A stretch of DNA of 64,000 nt from Chiloscyllium plagiosum (lineage: Eukaryota), in assembly GCF_004010195.1 (NCBI RefSeq), contig NC_057749.1, forward strand, positions 10,223,939 to 10,287,938, in the 5' to 3' direction. The stretch's first letter is position 1. The number at the start of each line of letters is the position of its first letter. The translations under genes were made by a program, and so were the position numbers. Of the stretch, positions 1 to 13,115 are shown piece after piece. The notes under the pieces were generated by a model. It saw nothing but the letters and a program-made list of their open reading frames with translations, did no database searches and was not told where the DNA came from.

Positions 1-188
1 GGCCCATCATTTCCCCCACCCATGGCCCATCATATCCCCCACTCATGGCCCATCATATTCCCCATTCGTGACCCATCATATCCCCACTCATGGCCCACCA
101 TGTCCCCTGCTCATGACCCATCATATCCCCACCTATGGCCCATCATATACGCCATTTATGGCCCATCATATCTCCCACTCATGGCCCT
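1..188. repeat. Minisatellite, ~21-22 bp unit (CATGGCCCATCATATCCCCACT)
   Basis: About 8-9 imperfect tandem copies, truncated by the window start. Confidence 0.9.
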
Positions 189-2062
189 CACAACCTTTAC
201 CATCAAACCAGGGGATCAACTTTGGTTCAATGGAGAGTGCAGGAGGGCATGTCAGGAGCAGCACCAGGTTTTTGTGAAAATGAAATGTCAACCTGGTGAA
301 GCTACCTAACATCAATCAGCGTGGGGGTGGCAGCCGCATGGCTAATGGTGTCTGCATAGTTTCCGAGGCCAGGGGAATATTCTGGAATGTTTGAGGAGCG
401 CTGGTTATGGAAGTGGGTAGATATGGATCCCACCTAAGCTCTGCAGTTCTGTCACGGTTGTGAATGGTGTTGGAAAATTAAACAACTCACTGGAGGAGGA
501 GAGGGTCCACAAATATCCCCGTCCTACATGATGGCAGAGCCCAGCATGTCAGTGCAAAACATAAGGCTGAATGATTCGCAGTAAATTTCAGCCAGAAGTG
601 CTGTGTGGGTGATCCATCTTAGCCTCCTCCAGTGGTCTCCAGCCTTACAGGGTGGCACGGTGGCTCAGTGATTAGCACTGCTGCCTCACAGCACCAGGGA
701 CTGGGTTTAATTCCTGCCTTGGGTGACTGACTGTGTGGAGTTTGCACATTCTCCCCGGGTCTGCGTGGGTTTCCTCCGGGTGCTCCGGTTTCCTCCCACA
801 ATCCAAAGCTGTGCAGGTCAGGTGAATTGGTCATGCTAAATTGCCCATCGTCAGGGATGAATATGGGGAATGGGGCTGGGTGGGTTACTCTTCGTAGGGT
901 CGGTACGGACTTGTTGGGCCGAAGGGCCTGTTTCCATACTGTAGGAAATCTAATTGTTTAAAAAAAATTACAGAGACCAATCTTCAGCCAATTCAATGCA
1001 CTCCATGTGATATTAAGGCACTGGATTCTGTAGCTGGGCCCTGACAACATTGCAGCAGTACTACTGAAGACCTGCACTCCTGAACCTGCTGCTCCCCTAG
1101 CCAAGCTGTTCCAGTACAGTTACAACACTGGCATCGACCTGACAATGAGGAAAATTGCCCAGATATGTCCTGCACATAAATTGGAGAACAAATCCAACCC
1201 AGCCAATTACCACCCCATCAATCTACACTTGATCATCAGTAAAGAGATGGAAGGTGTCACCAACCTGCTCAGCAATAACCTGCTCAGTGACATTTGGGTT
1301 CCCCAGGGCCAGTCAGTTCCTGACCTCATTTGAGCCTTGCTTCAAACATGGACAAAAGAGCTGAATTCCAGAGGGGAGTGAGAGTGGCAGCCCCTGACAC
1401 CAAGGCTGCATACGCCTGAGTCTGCCATCAAGGAGCAAAACTGAAATCAGTGGGTATCAGGGTGAAAATTCTCTCCTGGTTGGAGTCATACCTGGAAGAT
1501 GACCGTGGTTGTTAGAGGTCAGTCATCTCAGCTCCAGGACATCTCCGCAGGGGTTTCTTAGGGTAGTGTCCTAGGCCCAACCATCTTCATCAATGACCTT
1601 CCCTCCAACATAGTCAGATGTGGGGATGGTCACTGATGATTGCGCAATGTTCAGCACCATTTGCAACTCCCCAGAGACTGAAGCAGTCCATATTCAAAAT
1701 CTGTACTATCGACGAGAAGCACTGCAGAAATTCACCAACAAACCTTAGATAGCACCTTTCAAACTCAAAACCACTTCCATCGAGAAAGACAATGGCAGCA
1801 GATACTTGGGAACACCACCCCCTCCGAGTTCACCTGCAAGCCACTCACCATCCAGACTTGGAAATATATCGCCATTCCTTCACTGTCACTGGGTCAAAAT
1901 CCTGGAATTGCCTACCTAAAGACATTGTGGGTCTACTTACAGCACATGGTCTGCAGCAGTTCAAGAATGCAGCTCACCACCACCTTCTGAAGGGCCCCAA
2001 AGGATGGGCAATAGATGTTGAGCCAACCAGGTATGCCAATGTCCCATGAGTAAATAAAAACT
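189..2062 (+). mobile_element. Degenerate LINE (L2/CR1 group) ORF2 and 3' end, interrupted by a SINE
   Basis: Disrupted RT motifs NPANYHPINL and GSVLGPTIF.INDLP...DD; A-rich 3' end near 2055. Confidence 0.75.
650..955 (+). mobile_element. HE1-type V-SINE
   Basis: tRNA-like A/B boxes (GGTGGCTCAGTGATTAGC, GGTTTAATTCC), V-domain core GTGTGGAGTTTGCACATTCTCCCC, CR1-like tail. Confidence 0.88.
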
Positions 2063-3784
2063 TGGGATCTTACAGGGATCTGACCAATGTGAGCTATGGT
2101 AAGATTATGCCTAGTGAGGCTTAGCTCGATGATGGGAGCATTTTTCTTCATCCTTTATGCTTTCGATAGTTATGGTGACTGTCTTGCTAGACAGCATCGA
2201 GTTGTGAATTAAGGGGATTATTGGTTGTTCAACATCTTGTTAATAGCCCGACTCCCTTGTTAACATTTAGCTTCCCACCTTACTAAACTAACCAAGCAAG
2301 CAAGGTGACAAGTAAACTCTACATGTAAATAGGAGCAGGTACCTGGTGAATTCAGCTCACTGCTTGATCTGTTGGCTAGGAACAGACTGCATCTGAGCAC
2401 AATCCACGGGCACCAGCCACATGCACCCCTCATCCAAGAACATTGATGCCTGACATATACTAACCCCTGATGGTCATTATGGCATCTCTCCGATAACACT
2501 TTGCAGGCCACTGATGAATCACAAACTTGGATTGCATTGGTCACTGACAACTAGCAGTGAAAGGCTGCAGCAAGGACAGTGCAGACACGAACCGGATCCC
2601 AGACAGCGGATTGGATCAGGCTCCATCTCAGGGCTGTTCGATGGCTGTCTTAGCTCTCTTACCTCACGTCTGCTCAAACCATCCAGGCCTTACCTTGGTT
2701 TCTGCCTTGCCATGCTATGCGGCATAGTCATACAACCAGCGGCTTGTCTTCCTGGTCAGCAACCCTCAGTTGGAGGATGGGGTGGTGGGCAGTGGGGTGG
2801 GGGTGTGTAGTTGTTGTATGACTCACTGTATGGCACCGTGTTGCCAACAGCTTGGATGGCAAACACACCCCACTGTGTGCACCAAGTAAACAGCTGTGTC
2901 TGAAAGTCTTAGCAAAGTCATCCATTGATGAGGTATCCGTCAGTCAGGGGCTCCTAGTGCAGGAAATCTGAGGCAGCCTCTAGTACCAGTCCGAGGATGG
3001 GTGCCCTGTGCCTCTGACGTCCTGGGGGTGCGGCACAGTCAGTCCAGTGGCTCAAACATGGCCAGACTGAGGGGTCAGGAGATGGCCGGATACCGGTTAG
3101 ACGGTCTGGTCGTTTCTCATCCGGGACTGTCCCATTCCGCTGCCCAAGGAGGCTGAGCGTCTGTCGGTTGATTGATCCCTGTGTCGAACCTGACGGGAGG
3201 AGGGCTGAAGGGGCACCAGGTTGGGGGAGTGGATCACTGCTGCAGAAAGGAGACTTGGCAAGTTATTCTTCAGAACTGCAGGCTCGTTGGGGGAAGGGTG
3301 GGTAATGATTGTGAAGGGGAGGGAAAGAGGGGGGGCATGGTAAATGTGGTAAAAATGCAGGAAAAAGGATGTTCATCTATGGTCTAGAGCACCCTGGTGT
3401 CATGGTACATATTAGGACCACACTTGGCATTGTTACCAGAAGATATTGGGCAACCCCAGGCTCATGTCGGCTATTGGGTGGAAACCTGGGGAGCTATGAA
3501 CCCCCTAGGGTTCCTAGCAGGGGCTATCAGGGGCCATATCAATGTGGAGAGGCAGGGGATGGAAACCACTGGCCAAAGAGCTCTCACTGCCACCTTCCAT
3601 CACACTGGGACTAGGAAGTGCACAACGAGAAGGAAGATGGAGCTGTGAACACACTCAATGGGGGTCGGGTAAGTGTTTCATCCTGTGAGGGATGGAGCTC
3701 CAACACTCATGGATGTGAGGCCCTTGTGAGGGGAAACATCACAGTGCTGCAGGCCTCCAAATCCCTGGCCATCCTAATCACACA

Positions 3785-4110
3785 AGCCCTACAGTGTGGA
3801 AGTAGGCCATTTGGCCCATCAACTCCACACCAACCCTCCGAAGAGCATCTGACCCAGACCTGTACCCACCTACCCTACACCCCTCATTTCCCCATGTCTA
3901 ATCCACCACAAGCCTGTACGCTATGAAGCAATTGAGCACGGCCAGTCCACCCACCCTGCACATCTTTGGACTGTGGGAGGAAACCGGAGCATCCAGAGGA
4001 AACCCTCGCAGAGAATGTGCAAGCTCCACACTGACACATGCCTGAGGGTAGAATCAAACTTGCTTCCCTGGCACTGTGGGGCAGCAGTGCTAAACACTGA
4101 GCCTCGGTGC
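3785..4110 (-). mobile_element. HE1-type V-SINE
   Basis: Reverse-strand match to the copy at 62958-63286. Confidence 0.82.
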
Positions 4111-5319
4111 CACTCTAAAGCATCCCCCCCACCCTGGTGTGGTTTGCATGTCCCTGCCTCCGGCATTGTTGACCACCTCATTCACTCAGACATTGCGGTC
4201 AAGGTAAGAATAGGGATATGTTATAGGGTGAGGGCCAAAGGTGTCAGCAAGAACCCATTTGCCTTTGTACACCCAGGTTCCTCTTGCAGGTGCAGCGGGA
4301 TGTCAACGCAGCCATAGATCCACGTGTGCACATCCTGTGTGGACATGGAGTTAGGCCTCGTGCTTTTGAACAGTGACGTCGGGGCGACACTGCGAGACAA
4401 ACGTGGTGGGAGCGGCAAAGACAAGATGTTGCAGGAATTACTGAGAGTGGATGGAGCATGGGCCTTGGTGGGAGGTGGATACAGGAACAGAGACAGAGTG
4501 TGAGGGAGCAGAGAGAAGATTTACGCCACTTAGCCTGGCACAAGGAAGATGATAATTGACCTGACTCTGGCATGGCTGGGCATTTCTCCAGACAGCACAG
4601 ACTGCACTGACCCAGGGTGACCATCTTGGAGCAGGCTGCCCCTCGGGACATTGTTGTTGACCCCTTTTCTGGTTCCCCTCTTCCTTTGCTCCACCAGGAG
4701 TGCTAGGTCCCTGTCGTGGCAGCTGTGGAATGTCAGTACTTTCAACAGCCGCCTTCAAAGGATGGTGCAGATGCGACGGATATCCAGCCAGCAGGACGCT
4801 CTTCCAGGAACAGCACCTCTCGTAGACGGAGCTGGAACCAGACCTGAGGGGCACTGTAGTTAGGGCAGGTTTACATCGTTAATGAAGCAAATTTGCTCAG
4901 ACCCAGTGAGAATGCTCACTACCAGCAGTCCCCCTTGTTCTATTCTGCTGAACGGTTTTCCCTGCACGCAGGGAATCGAAAACGATGTGAACCATGTGGG
5001 CACGCCGATAGCAGTGTGCGGAATGTCGGAGCAGCTGTGAGGGCAAGTTGCTCACTAGTCCTTTTGCCGAACAACTCCCTTTGATAAAGCCCGACAAAAC
5101 TCACACTCGGGTGGCAAGCAAGCGTGAGATTCAGCCTTTGGTCCATGGAGCAGGTTTGGGGAAAGAGGAGAGTGAGAGAGAGAGAGAGAGACAGCTAGAG
5201 ATGTGAGAGGTTTAGGGAGAGAAGTCAAAGAAGCTGAAGGTATAGGTGCCAGTGGAGTGGTTGGACATGAGAGATAAAGTTAGATGGGAGACTGGGCAGT
5301 CAGGAGAATGCAAAGATGT

Positions 5320-6110
5320 TGCAGTATGGACAAACTGAGTGAGTTGGCAAATGCAGCATAATGTGGACAGAAGTGAGGTTATCCATTTTGATAACAAACA
5401 TAGGAAGGCAGACGATTATTTGAATGACTGTAGATTGGCTATAAATCTAGGTGTCCTTGTATACGAGTCACTGACAGTAACCATGCAGGTACAGCAGGCA
5501 GTAAAGAAGGCAAACTGTATGTTAAAGTGAGAGGATTTGAGTACAGGAACAAGGATGTCTTGCTACAGTTACAAAGAGCATTGCGGAGGTCGTACCTAAA
5601 ATCTTGTGTTTGTAGTTTTGGTCTCCTTATCTGAGGAAGCGTGTTCTTGCTGCAGAGTGAGTGCAGAAAAGACTGATTCCTGGGATACCAGGACTGATGT
5701 ATGAGCAGAGATCAAGTCGATTAGCATTGTATTCACTGGAGTTTAGAAAAATATGGGAAGTCCTCATAGAAACCTATCAAATTCGAACAGGACTAGATAG
5801 GTTATAGATGTATGAGTGATGTTCCCATATTTGGGGAGTCAAGAGCTAGAGGTCACAGTTTAAATATAAGGGGTAAACCTTTTAGGACTGAAATGAGGAG
5901 AAACGTCTTCACCCAGAAAGTGGGGAGCCGGGGGAATTCACTACCACAGGAAGTGGCTGAGGCCAAAATATTGTGTATTTTCAAGAAAGAGGTAGATATA
6001 GCTCTTGTGGCTAAAGAGAGCAAGGGTTTTGAGCTCAATGGTCAGCCATGATCATATTGAATGGCAGAGCAGACTTGAGGGACCGAATGGCCTCCTCCTT
6101 CTATCTTCAA
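5320..6110 (+). mobile_element. CR1 LINE 3' fragment
   Basis: Disrupted ORF2 end (WQMQHNVDRSEVIHF...RGHSLNIRGKPFRTEMRRNVFTQKV). Confidence 0.85.
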
Positions 6111-6264
6111 TGATTTAATTTTTCTGTGAAAGGTGTTGGTGATGGAGTGTGTGATAAGGTCGAGGGGAGTAAATCAGGATGCAGAAAGGACCAGAACTGG
6201 AGGAAGAAACAGGGCTCCTGGAAACTTCTGATGCTAACTTTTAATCGCATTGTTTTTTTGTCAG

Positions 6265-6443
6265 ATATGTGTCAGGATCGATTGGAGAAGGCAAAATGCC
6301 TGGGGGCCACTGTTGTCTTGAAGGTCGATAAATGTACATGTCCTATGGAACTGGCCCAGAAGGTGAAGAACTCTCTATGTGCCATGCCAGACATATGCCT
6401 TGAATGCACTGGCTCTGATACCTGTACCCAGGCTGGTGTCTAT
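6265..6443 (+). CDS. SORD: Sorbitol dehydrogenase-like, internal coding exon (equivalent to human exon 7)
   Basis: Polypyrimidine-TCAG acceptor and TAT|GTAAGT donor. Encodes (D)MCQDRLEKAKCLGATVVLKVDKCTCPMELAQKVKNSLCAMPDICLECTGSDTCTQAGVY, matching the SORD pattern D....RL.KAK..GA...ECTG....QAG.Y. Earlier exons lie upstream of the window. Confidence 0.93.
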
Positions 6444-7877
6444 GTAAGTACTGGGATCCTTAACTTTTTGAAATCTGTCAACCTGTGCGATATTAGACAA
6501 AAAAGATAGCATAAAGTTAGAGATTGTGCAAGGATATTTTCTGAAATTCTCAGCCGGGTCTCTGTATGTAGTCCAGATGGCATCTCCTCATCTTGAGTAC
6601 AGCATGTTTCTTTAAATTGGTATATAGAGGAAAACAATATTTTCCAAATGCAAGGTTCCAAAATGAGACAGATAATATTTTATTGTTACAGTGAAAAATT
6701 TGGCTTTTGATTGTGAGCAATGGAATGCACTTCAGTGCACCAACTGGGTATAAATACTTCAACCAACCTGCTCAGACATGTTATGACAAATCTGAAGGGC
6801 AGGTAAGGATTTGAAACCAAATGTTCTGGCCCAGAGGTAGGGACACTATCTTTGCACCACAAGAGCCCATCAATTGGGTACATGACAGGCACAGCAGAGG
6901 TCCCAGGATCCAGCTGTGATCATTGGAACAAAAGAAATACATTGCAACTAGTGAGGCCATTTGTGCCATCATGCATGTGCTGGCTCTCTGAAGCAGCTTA
7001 TCAGTTAGTCCCATTCCCCATGGTCTTTCTCCAGAGCCTTGACAATTTCCATCTTTGCAGCTGCACACCCAACTGAAGGTTACAATTGAATCTGCTTCCA
7101 CCATTCTTTCAGGTACATTCCAGATACAACACTTCACTACAGAAAGAGAATTCTCGACTGCATTTTTTGAAATGATCTGAAATTTATGTCTTCTATTACT
7201 GACCAGCTCCCAAAGTCCTCCTAATTTTAAATGCCTCTGCTAATTTTCCCCCTTAACTGTTGATGCTTAATGAAGATCAGTCCCAGTTTCATCAGTTTCT
7301 CCATGTGACTGAACGCCTACGTACAAAGGTGTCCTGAGTGGAGTACTGTATTAACTTATAATTCCAATGACTGGTTATAAATGGGTAGATATTGAACATT
7401 TCTTTCGAAGAATGACACTTTTACTAATCAACAGACATTGATTTTTAAAGTCACTGCTGATTGGCATTGTGAAACCACAGTTCATTTCACAGAAATAAAG
7501 CTAAGACGTTCAGATGCTAGAAATCTGAAACAACAACAGAAACGAATGAAGAAACTCAGCAGGTCTTGCAGGATTTGTGGAAGAACACCGATGAGGGGTC
7601 ACTGACCCCAAAGCATTGACTCTTCTTTCTCTCCACTTCCTGTTTTTGGTTCATTTCAAGTAGATGTAATGTTTTCGGAGACCCCCAAGAGAAACTTATG
7701 AATAGCTCCTTTCCGTCTCATCAAGGTGGAAGGTGGATCAGTCAGAAGTTAACGGTTGGGACTAGAAATATATTCAGTCAATTTGGCTATGAGTCAACTG
7801 CTAAAGAGAAGCAATGTGAGACTTGAGCTCATCCTTCTACAATCTTTGAAATACAAAACCAACGTAGAGAGAGGTCA

Positions 7878-8197
7878 TTAGATTAGATTCCCTACAGTGT
7901 GGAAACAAGCCCGTCGGCCCAACAAGTCCACACCGACCCGCCGAAGTGCAATCCACCCAGACCCATTCCCCTACATTTACCCCTTCACCTAACACTATGG
8001 GCAATTTAGCATGGCCAATTCACCTGACCTGCACATCTTTGGACTGTGGGAGGAAACCAGATCACCCAGAGGAAACCTATGCAGACACGGGGAGAATGTG
8101 TAAACTCCAGACAGACAGTTGCCCGAGGTGGGAATTGAACCCAGGTCCCTGGCGCTGTGAGGCAACCGTGCTAACCACTGTGCCACCGTGCTGCCCC
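7878..8197 (-). mobile_element. HE1-type V-SINE
   Basis: Near full-length reverse copy with (TAATC)n-type tail. Confidence 0.9.
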
Positions 8198-8636
8198 ATG
8201 TGATGCAACCTTTTGCCTGCTTTATGGAAATGTGATCTGGAGAGCACACAAGCTGCTGGAATGAAGCTGATGAAGAGTCATCTAGACTCGAACCGTTAGC
8301 CTGCTCTCCATGGATGCTGCCTGACCCACTGCAATCTCCGGCATTTGTTGTTTTCTGCTGGAATGAGCAACTGTCTGTATCTCTCCTTCTCTCTTAATTT
8401 CATTTAAGTTCTGAGCCCTGTTTAGCTGTGGGAAAGTGTCGTCAACCCAGCAACAGGCAGAGACGTCCTGCTCAAAAAGACCTCTGGATTTACTACACAG
8501 TGACTGCAGGAGAGATAGGATTGTACCAGCTACGACTGGTGAGTGACTGCCCAAGTGAGAACCAAACATCCAGTAGAAATCAGTGATTATTTATTAACTT
8601 TACCTCTTTATCTGCATCTTACATGGCCAAGTTTAA

Positions 8637-8923
8637 TTTTTTTAACTCCTTTTTTTTAATGTTGTGTGTGTGCAAGTGTGAGACACAGCGAAAGTCACAA
8701 GGTGTACAAATCTTTATTCAATTTCCACCACCAGGAAGAAAAGAAACACCCACTGCTTGGCCAGTGACAAGCAGTGCCCTTCACATCAAAGGGCAATGCT
8801 GTGTGATCAAACAGTGAAGAGGAGGGCAGGGATTAAATCAAAATAGAGTTGGAGGGGGAAATAATGCACTCCACTCCCTGAACAGCTTGAGGGTGTTAGT
8901 GGACACCACATGCTCCTTCTCCA
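8637..8923 (-). mobile_element. 5'-truncated non-LTR retrotransposon 3' end (Tx1/L1-like) with 14-bp TSD
   Basis: Flanking direct repeats ATGGCCAAGTTTAA at 8623-8636 and 8924-8937; T-rich tail on the left; minus strand ends an ORF ...CIISPSNSILI* followed by AATAAA. Confidence 0.75.
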
Positions 8924-10179
8924 ATGGCCAAGTTTAAATCTGATACTTAGTTCATTTGTATTTCATTTTTGAATTTCTGGCAAATATATCTGTGTTAGCA
9001 CTAATCAAAGAGAAGTAAGGCGTATTGGTCCATTGTTAATGTGTTTAATAATTTCGCCTGACTGTGCTTTAGCAGTAAAACTAATCTCATATATGTTTAA
9101 ACTGAACATACCTGTCTGCCTTAGTTCTTACAAACTGCCCCATGTAAAGAATTATTAGCATTCCAGTATCCTTTTAAGAACTCAAATTGGTTTCAATGTT
9201 GTAAACTTTCAGTGTGCTCATTCCATGAAATAGTATCAATTCCGAAGGTTTGCTGCCCAGTATTGGGATATGGTATTCCAGCTGAGGTTTAGTTTGCGGC
9301 TTGTACATCATTGTTTTTGCTGTAGTTAGGCTTAAACACTAAGGCTCAGGAAAGGCGTCAAAATTGTTATGTATGACATCCATGTGTTTTCAGCCAAGAT
9401 CAGATTGAGGTCAGTATCTTTCATTCCTTTGCTCAGGTATGTCCATAAGTTAGAAAGGCCTTTATCTGTGCTCAAGTAGCTATGGAAATGAGTGTGGTAG
9501 TGAACAAACATTTAATGGCTTTGAGTGAATTACCCTCCTTTACTTTTAATACTTGCTGTCACCTACATAGGATTTAGATGAGTATATTTAACAATACTTT
9601 CTGTTTTTATTCATGCTGGAAGACCCATGTCCTTATACAGTGAGTCCTCGTTTTAAGTTTGTTTCCATGTTAATTTTTTTTAATGTCCTGTGTTCCCATT
9701 TAAAGTACCATTCCCTGTTTTAACATCCCTTTATTCCTGGTCAAGTCTCATATCATTGTGCCTCAGTTATGATGCCCACTGATCTCACTCTAAAGTTTGT
9801 TACCATCGTGTCTACGCCCTGCAGTCAAAGGTCATCATTTTGTGAAACATCTCTTTTAAGCTTTGTTTTTCAAAATTCTTTGTTGTTTGTATCTGTATTT
9901 TAGCGGAGCTGCTGTACTCTGTAATACTTATTCTGCATATGTACTGTACAATGAACCTCTTTACAGCTCCTCTAAAGGAAGAGGTCCACTTTGTTCACCT
10001 CGTTTTCTTTTGCAAGTATTTCAATTCAGAATTCACAGTGCTACACATATGTAGAACAGCATTTCAACTTTTATATTGGCCTTTCCCAGACAAAATATGT
10101 CCTTGGAACTGGTTTTAACATTGAATCTTATGAGGAAACATGCTTAATTTAAAATTGCTTCACTTTATCATAATTTTCA

Positions 10180-10382
10180 AACTTAAAAATCGCACAACAC
10201 CGAGTTATAGTCCAACAGGTTTATTAGTTTTCAGAGCGCTGCTCCTTCATCGGGTGGTGGTGGATGAAGGAGCAGTGATCCGAAAACTAGTGCTTCCAAA
10301 TAACCCTGTTGCACTATAACCTGGTGTTGTGTGATTTTTAACTTTGTACACCCCAGTCCAACACTGGCATCTCCAAATCATA
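10180..10382. mobile_element. Fold-back Penelope-derived short element (family A)
   Basis: Inverted arms AAAATCGCACAACACC...CTCCTTCATC / GATGAAGGAG...GGTGTTGTGTGATTTT. Same family at 16400-16710, 41281-41490, 42400-42470 and 44520-44905. Confidence 0.75.
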
Positions 10383-10850
10383 ATTTTCGGGAATGGCACC
10401 CTGATTTAAAGTGAGGACACCTGGTAAAAGGGATGTTGAATTGAAATCCAAGGGAGTGATACCATAATGGTTTTGCTAATGGATGAATTACCATGAGGCT
10501 CAGAGTAAAGCTCTGGGGACGTGAGTTCAAATCTCCACTGGTTACGCCACTAGTGGAATTGAACTTCAATTCATTCAATAATATGTTCTAACACTGGACT
10601 AATGGGAGATTGTCATTAATTGGCCACTTAGGGCCTGAATTGGCTTTGTGGGTCAGATGAGGTGCCCAATGCCTTTGACTCTAAAATTTCAAACAGATTG
10701 AAGCTGAGCAGGTAGGTAAAGGGAAAGCCTGCAAACCCTTTGGTAGGGGAGAGTGTAAACTCCAGTCCAAACTTTGCTTAGACATGACACTTATCTTTTA
10801 GGGGCTGGAACTGCTGCGTGCCATGCCTCACTGTGTTTTGCTTTTCACAG

Positions 10851-10972
10851 GCTGTCAAACCTGGTGGAATGGTCGTATTGGTTGGCATGGGACTGGCTAC
10901 AGCAAATGTTCCTGTAACACACGCGACAGTCCGAGAAGTGGATATTCGGGGTACCTTTAGATATACAAACAC
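10851..10972 (+). CDS. SORD: Sorbitol dehydrogenase-like, penultimate coding exon
   Basis: TTTTCACAG acceptor, AC|GTAAGC donor, 122 bp, in phase with both neighbouring exons. Encodes AVKPGGMVVLVGMGLATANVPVTHATVREVDIRGTFRYTNT with the SORD GG..VLVG and REVDI.G.FRY motifs. Confidence 0.95.
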
Positions 10973-12829
10973 GTAAGCACCCTTAAAAGTTCATATTTCT
11001 GCGATCTGATCTGTGGAGGGACAATTGAGTGAAAAGCACACGTGTTCTGGCACTGATTTGCCTTGACATCTCATGTCTTGAAAATACCCCAAAGTAAACC
11101 TCTTCAAGAGTACTCAGTTATTCCAATGAATACGGCTGTGCTTTCACTCAACGCAAGACTCCACAAGTAACAATGAGACAAAAGAATAATGAAGGGTGCT
11201 ATATGCTGCATTAGAGCTAATGGAGTCTGCTTTTGGTGGTTTTGGATGAGGGGGAGAATATTGACCAGGGCACCCAGAGCAGGTATTTTCTTTGAATTTG
11301 TCAGAGGTGTATGACGCCAATGCCAAGTGGACCCTAGGGCTCTTTCTGAGCATGCCTCCAGGTCAACCAATTTCTCATTCCATTCAGTGGCCTCTCTTGC
11401 ATGGATTTCTAAGACATGCAGGCTAGGTGGATGGACCATGGTAAGTTGGGGCAGCGTGGGGGACCGGGTCTGGATGGGATGCTCTTCAGGGAGTCAGTGC
11501 AGACCCGATGGGCCAAATAGCCTCTTTCCGCACTATAAGGATTCTACAATTCTGTGCACGCTTTAGCTTCCTCTCAGCCCCAACCCACCCCCATCATTTA
11601 TCTCTCAGCCCCCTCGGGCCACCCCCTCATTCCTGGTGAAGAGCTTATGCTCGAAACGTCGACTCTCCTGCTCCTCGGATGCTGCCTGACCGGCTGCGCT
11701 TTCCAGCACCACACTCTTCAACACTGAAACCAGTGATTGCCAGTATTGAGTTGTGTGGAATCCGAGAGGGTTTTAATTTCTGTGGTGACAATCACAAGAA
11801 CTCTTGTTATGTGGGAATGGGGAAGAGGTTACAGTGGGTGGTGGGGCACAGCACATGGAGGCACAAATGGGACGCAATAAACAATTGCCTGATAGTAGTC
11901 AACTCAAACCTTGAGGCTTGGTAAAGGTAAAAGGATTATGGCAGGTAGCTGCCTTGCTCATGCAATGTTTGTGAGAAATTCTTAAATGGAATGTGCTGTG
12001 ATATAGGTGGTATGAACTTTCACCAATATGAAAGAAAATGGACAATACTAATACAGTTTTCAAGCCATTCAGCAGGTAATTATATATATCTCACATAATT
12101 CTTAAGATGGACCTCGCCCATACAGGAATGTGCACATGCAGACCGGTGAACGTTCAAAGCGAGAGAGCTCACTATTTCTTCAAAGTGGAATGTAACCACT
12201 AAGCAAGCCCTCCATGTAACTGCATAGTCAGCATGTGATCTTGAGCTGAACCTGATTGATTGGAGTCTCTCTCATGTGTCAGGACCATGTGAGAGAGCAG
12301 AGACTCCCAAAATGGGACATCCCATGGCGTATTCATTCCTGGTGGCATGGAGGTGAGACTTAGAGTTGGAGCATGGAAACAGACCCTGTGGTCTAACCCA
12401 TTCGTGCTGACCAGATATCCTAACCTAATCTAGTCCCACTTGCCAGCACTTAGCCCATATCCCTCTAAACCCTTCCTATTCGTAAAGATATCCAGATGCC
12501 TTTTGAAACATTGTATTTGTACCAGCCTCCACCACTTCCTCTGGCAGCTTCAAAGGTTTGTTCCTGAGTGAATTGAACTGCATGTTTGGAACGAGAGTTG
12601 AATTGCCTGGCTTAAAGATTCTAGAACGCATTTGGGAATTGGACCTTTCAAAGCTAAATACCTCTTCCAATGTCCCTTTGATCCTCATGCTGAGGGAGGG
12701 TCCTTGCTGACTGTGTTTATGTTCATTACAGGCCTTCATTTCCTGACACATTAGAAGGGTTTCTGACAGTTGTCTCCTGTCATTGCTGTTTTCTGGTAGG
12801 GATGATGTAACCAGGGAGGGATGTGTATA

Positions 12830-13115
12830 GAATCATTGAGTCCCTATATTGTGGGAGTAGGCCATTTGGCCCATCAAGTCCACACCGACCTTCTGAAGTG
12901 TATCCCACCCTTTCCCTGTAGCCCTGCATTTCCCATGGCCAATCCATCTAACCTGTATATCCTTGGGCTGTGGGAGGAAACCAGAGCACCTGGAGGAAAC
13001 CCACACAGACACAGGGAGAACATGCAAACTTCACACAGTCACCCGAGGCTGGAATTGAACCTGGGTCTCTGGTGTTGTGAGGTAGCAGTGCTAACCACTG
13101 AGCCACCGTGCCACT
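12830..13115 (-). mobile_element. HE1-type V-SINE
   Basis: Reverse copy with V-domain core and tRNA-like head. Confidence 0.85.

Noticed and set aside
1..188. CRISPR-like array or His/Pro-rich ORF
   Set aside because: Contiguous tandem units without unique spacers in a vertebrate intron; the ORFs are by-products of the repeat.
2300..5150. GC-richer block with many short ORFs, possibly a PIF/Harbinger remnant or a nested gene
   Set aside because: Only faint Myb-like resemblance near 4540-4740, no clear TIRs or transposase motif, and no consistent exon chain. It needs a repeat-library search.
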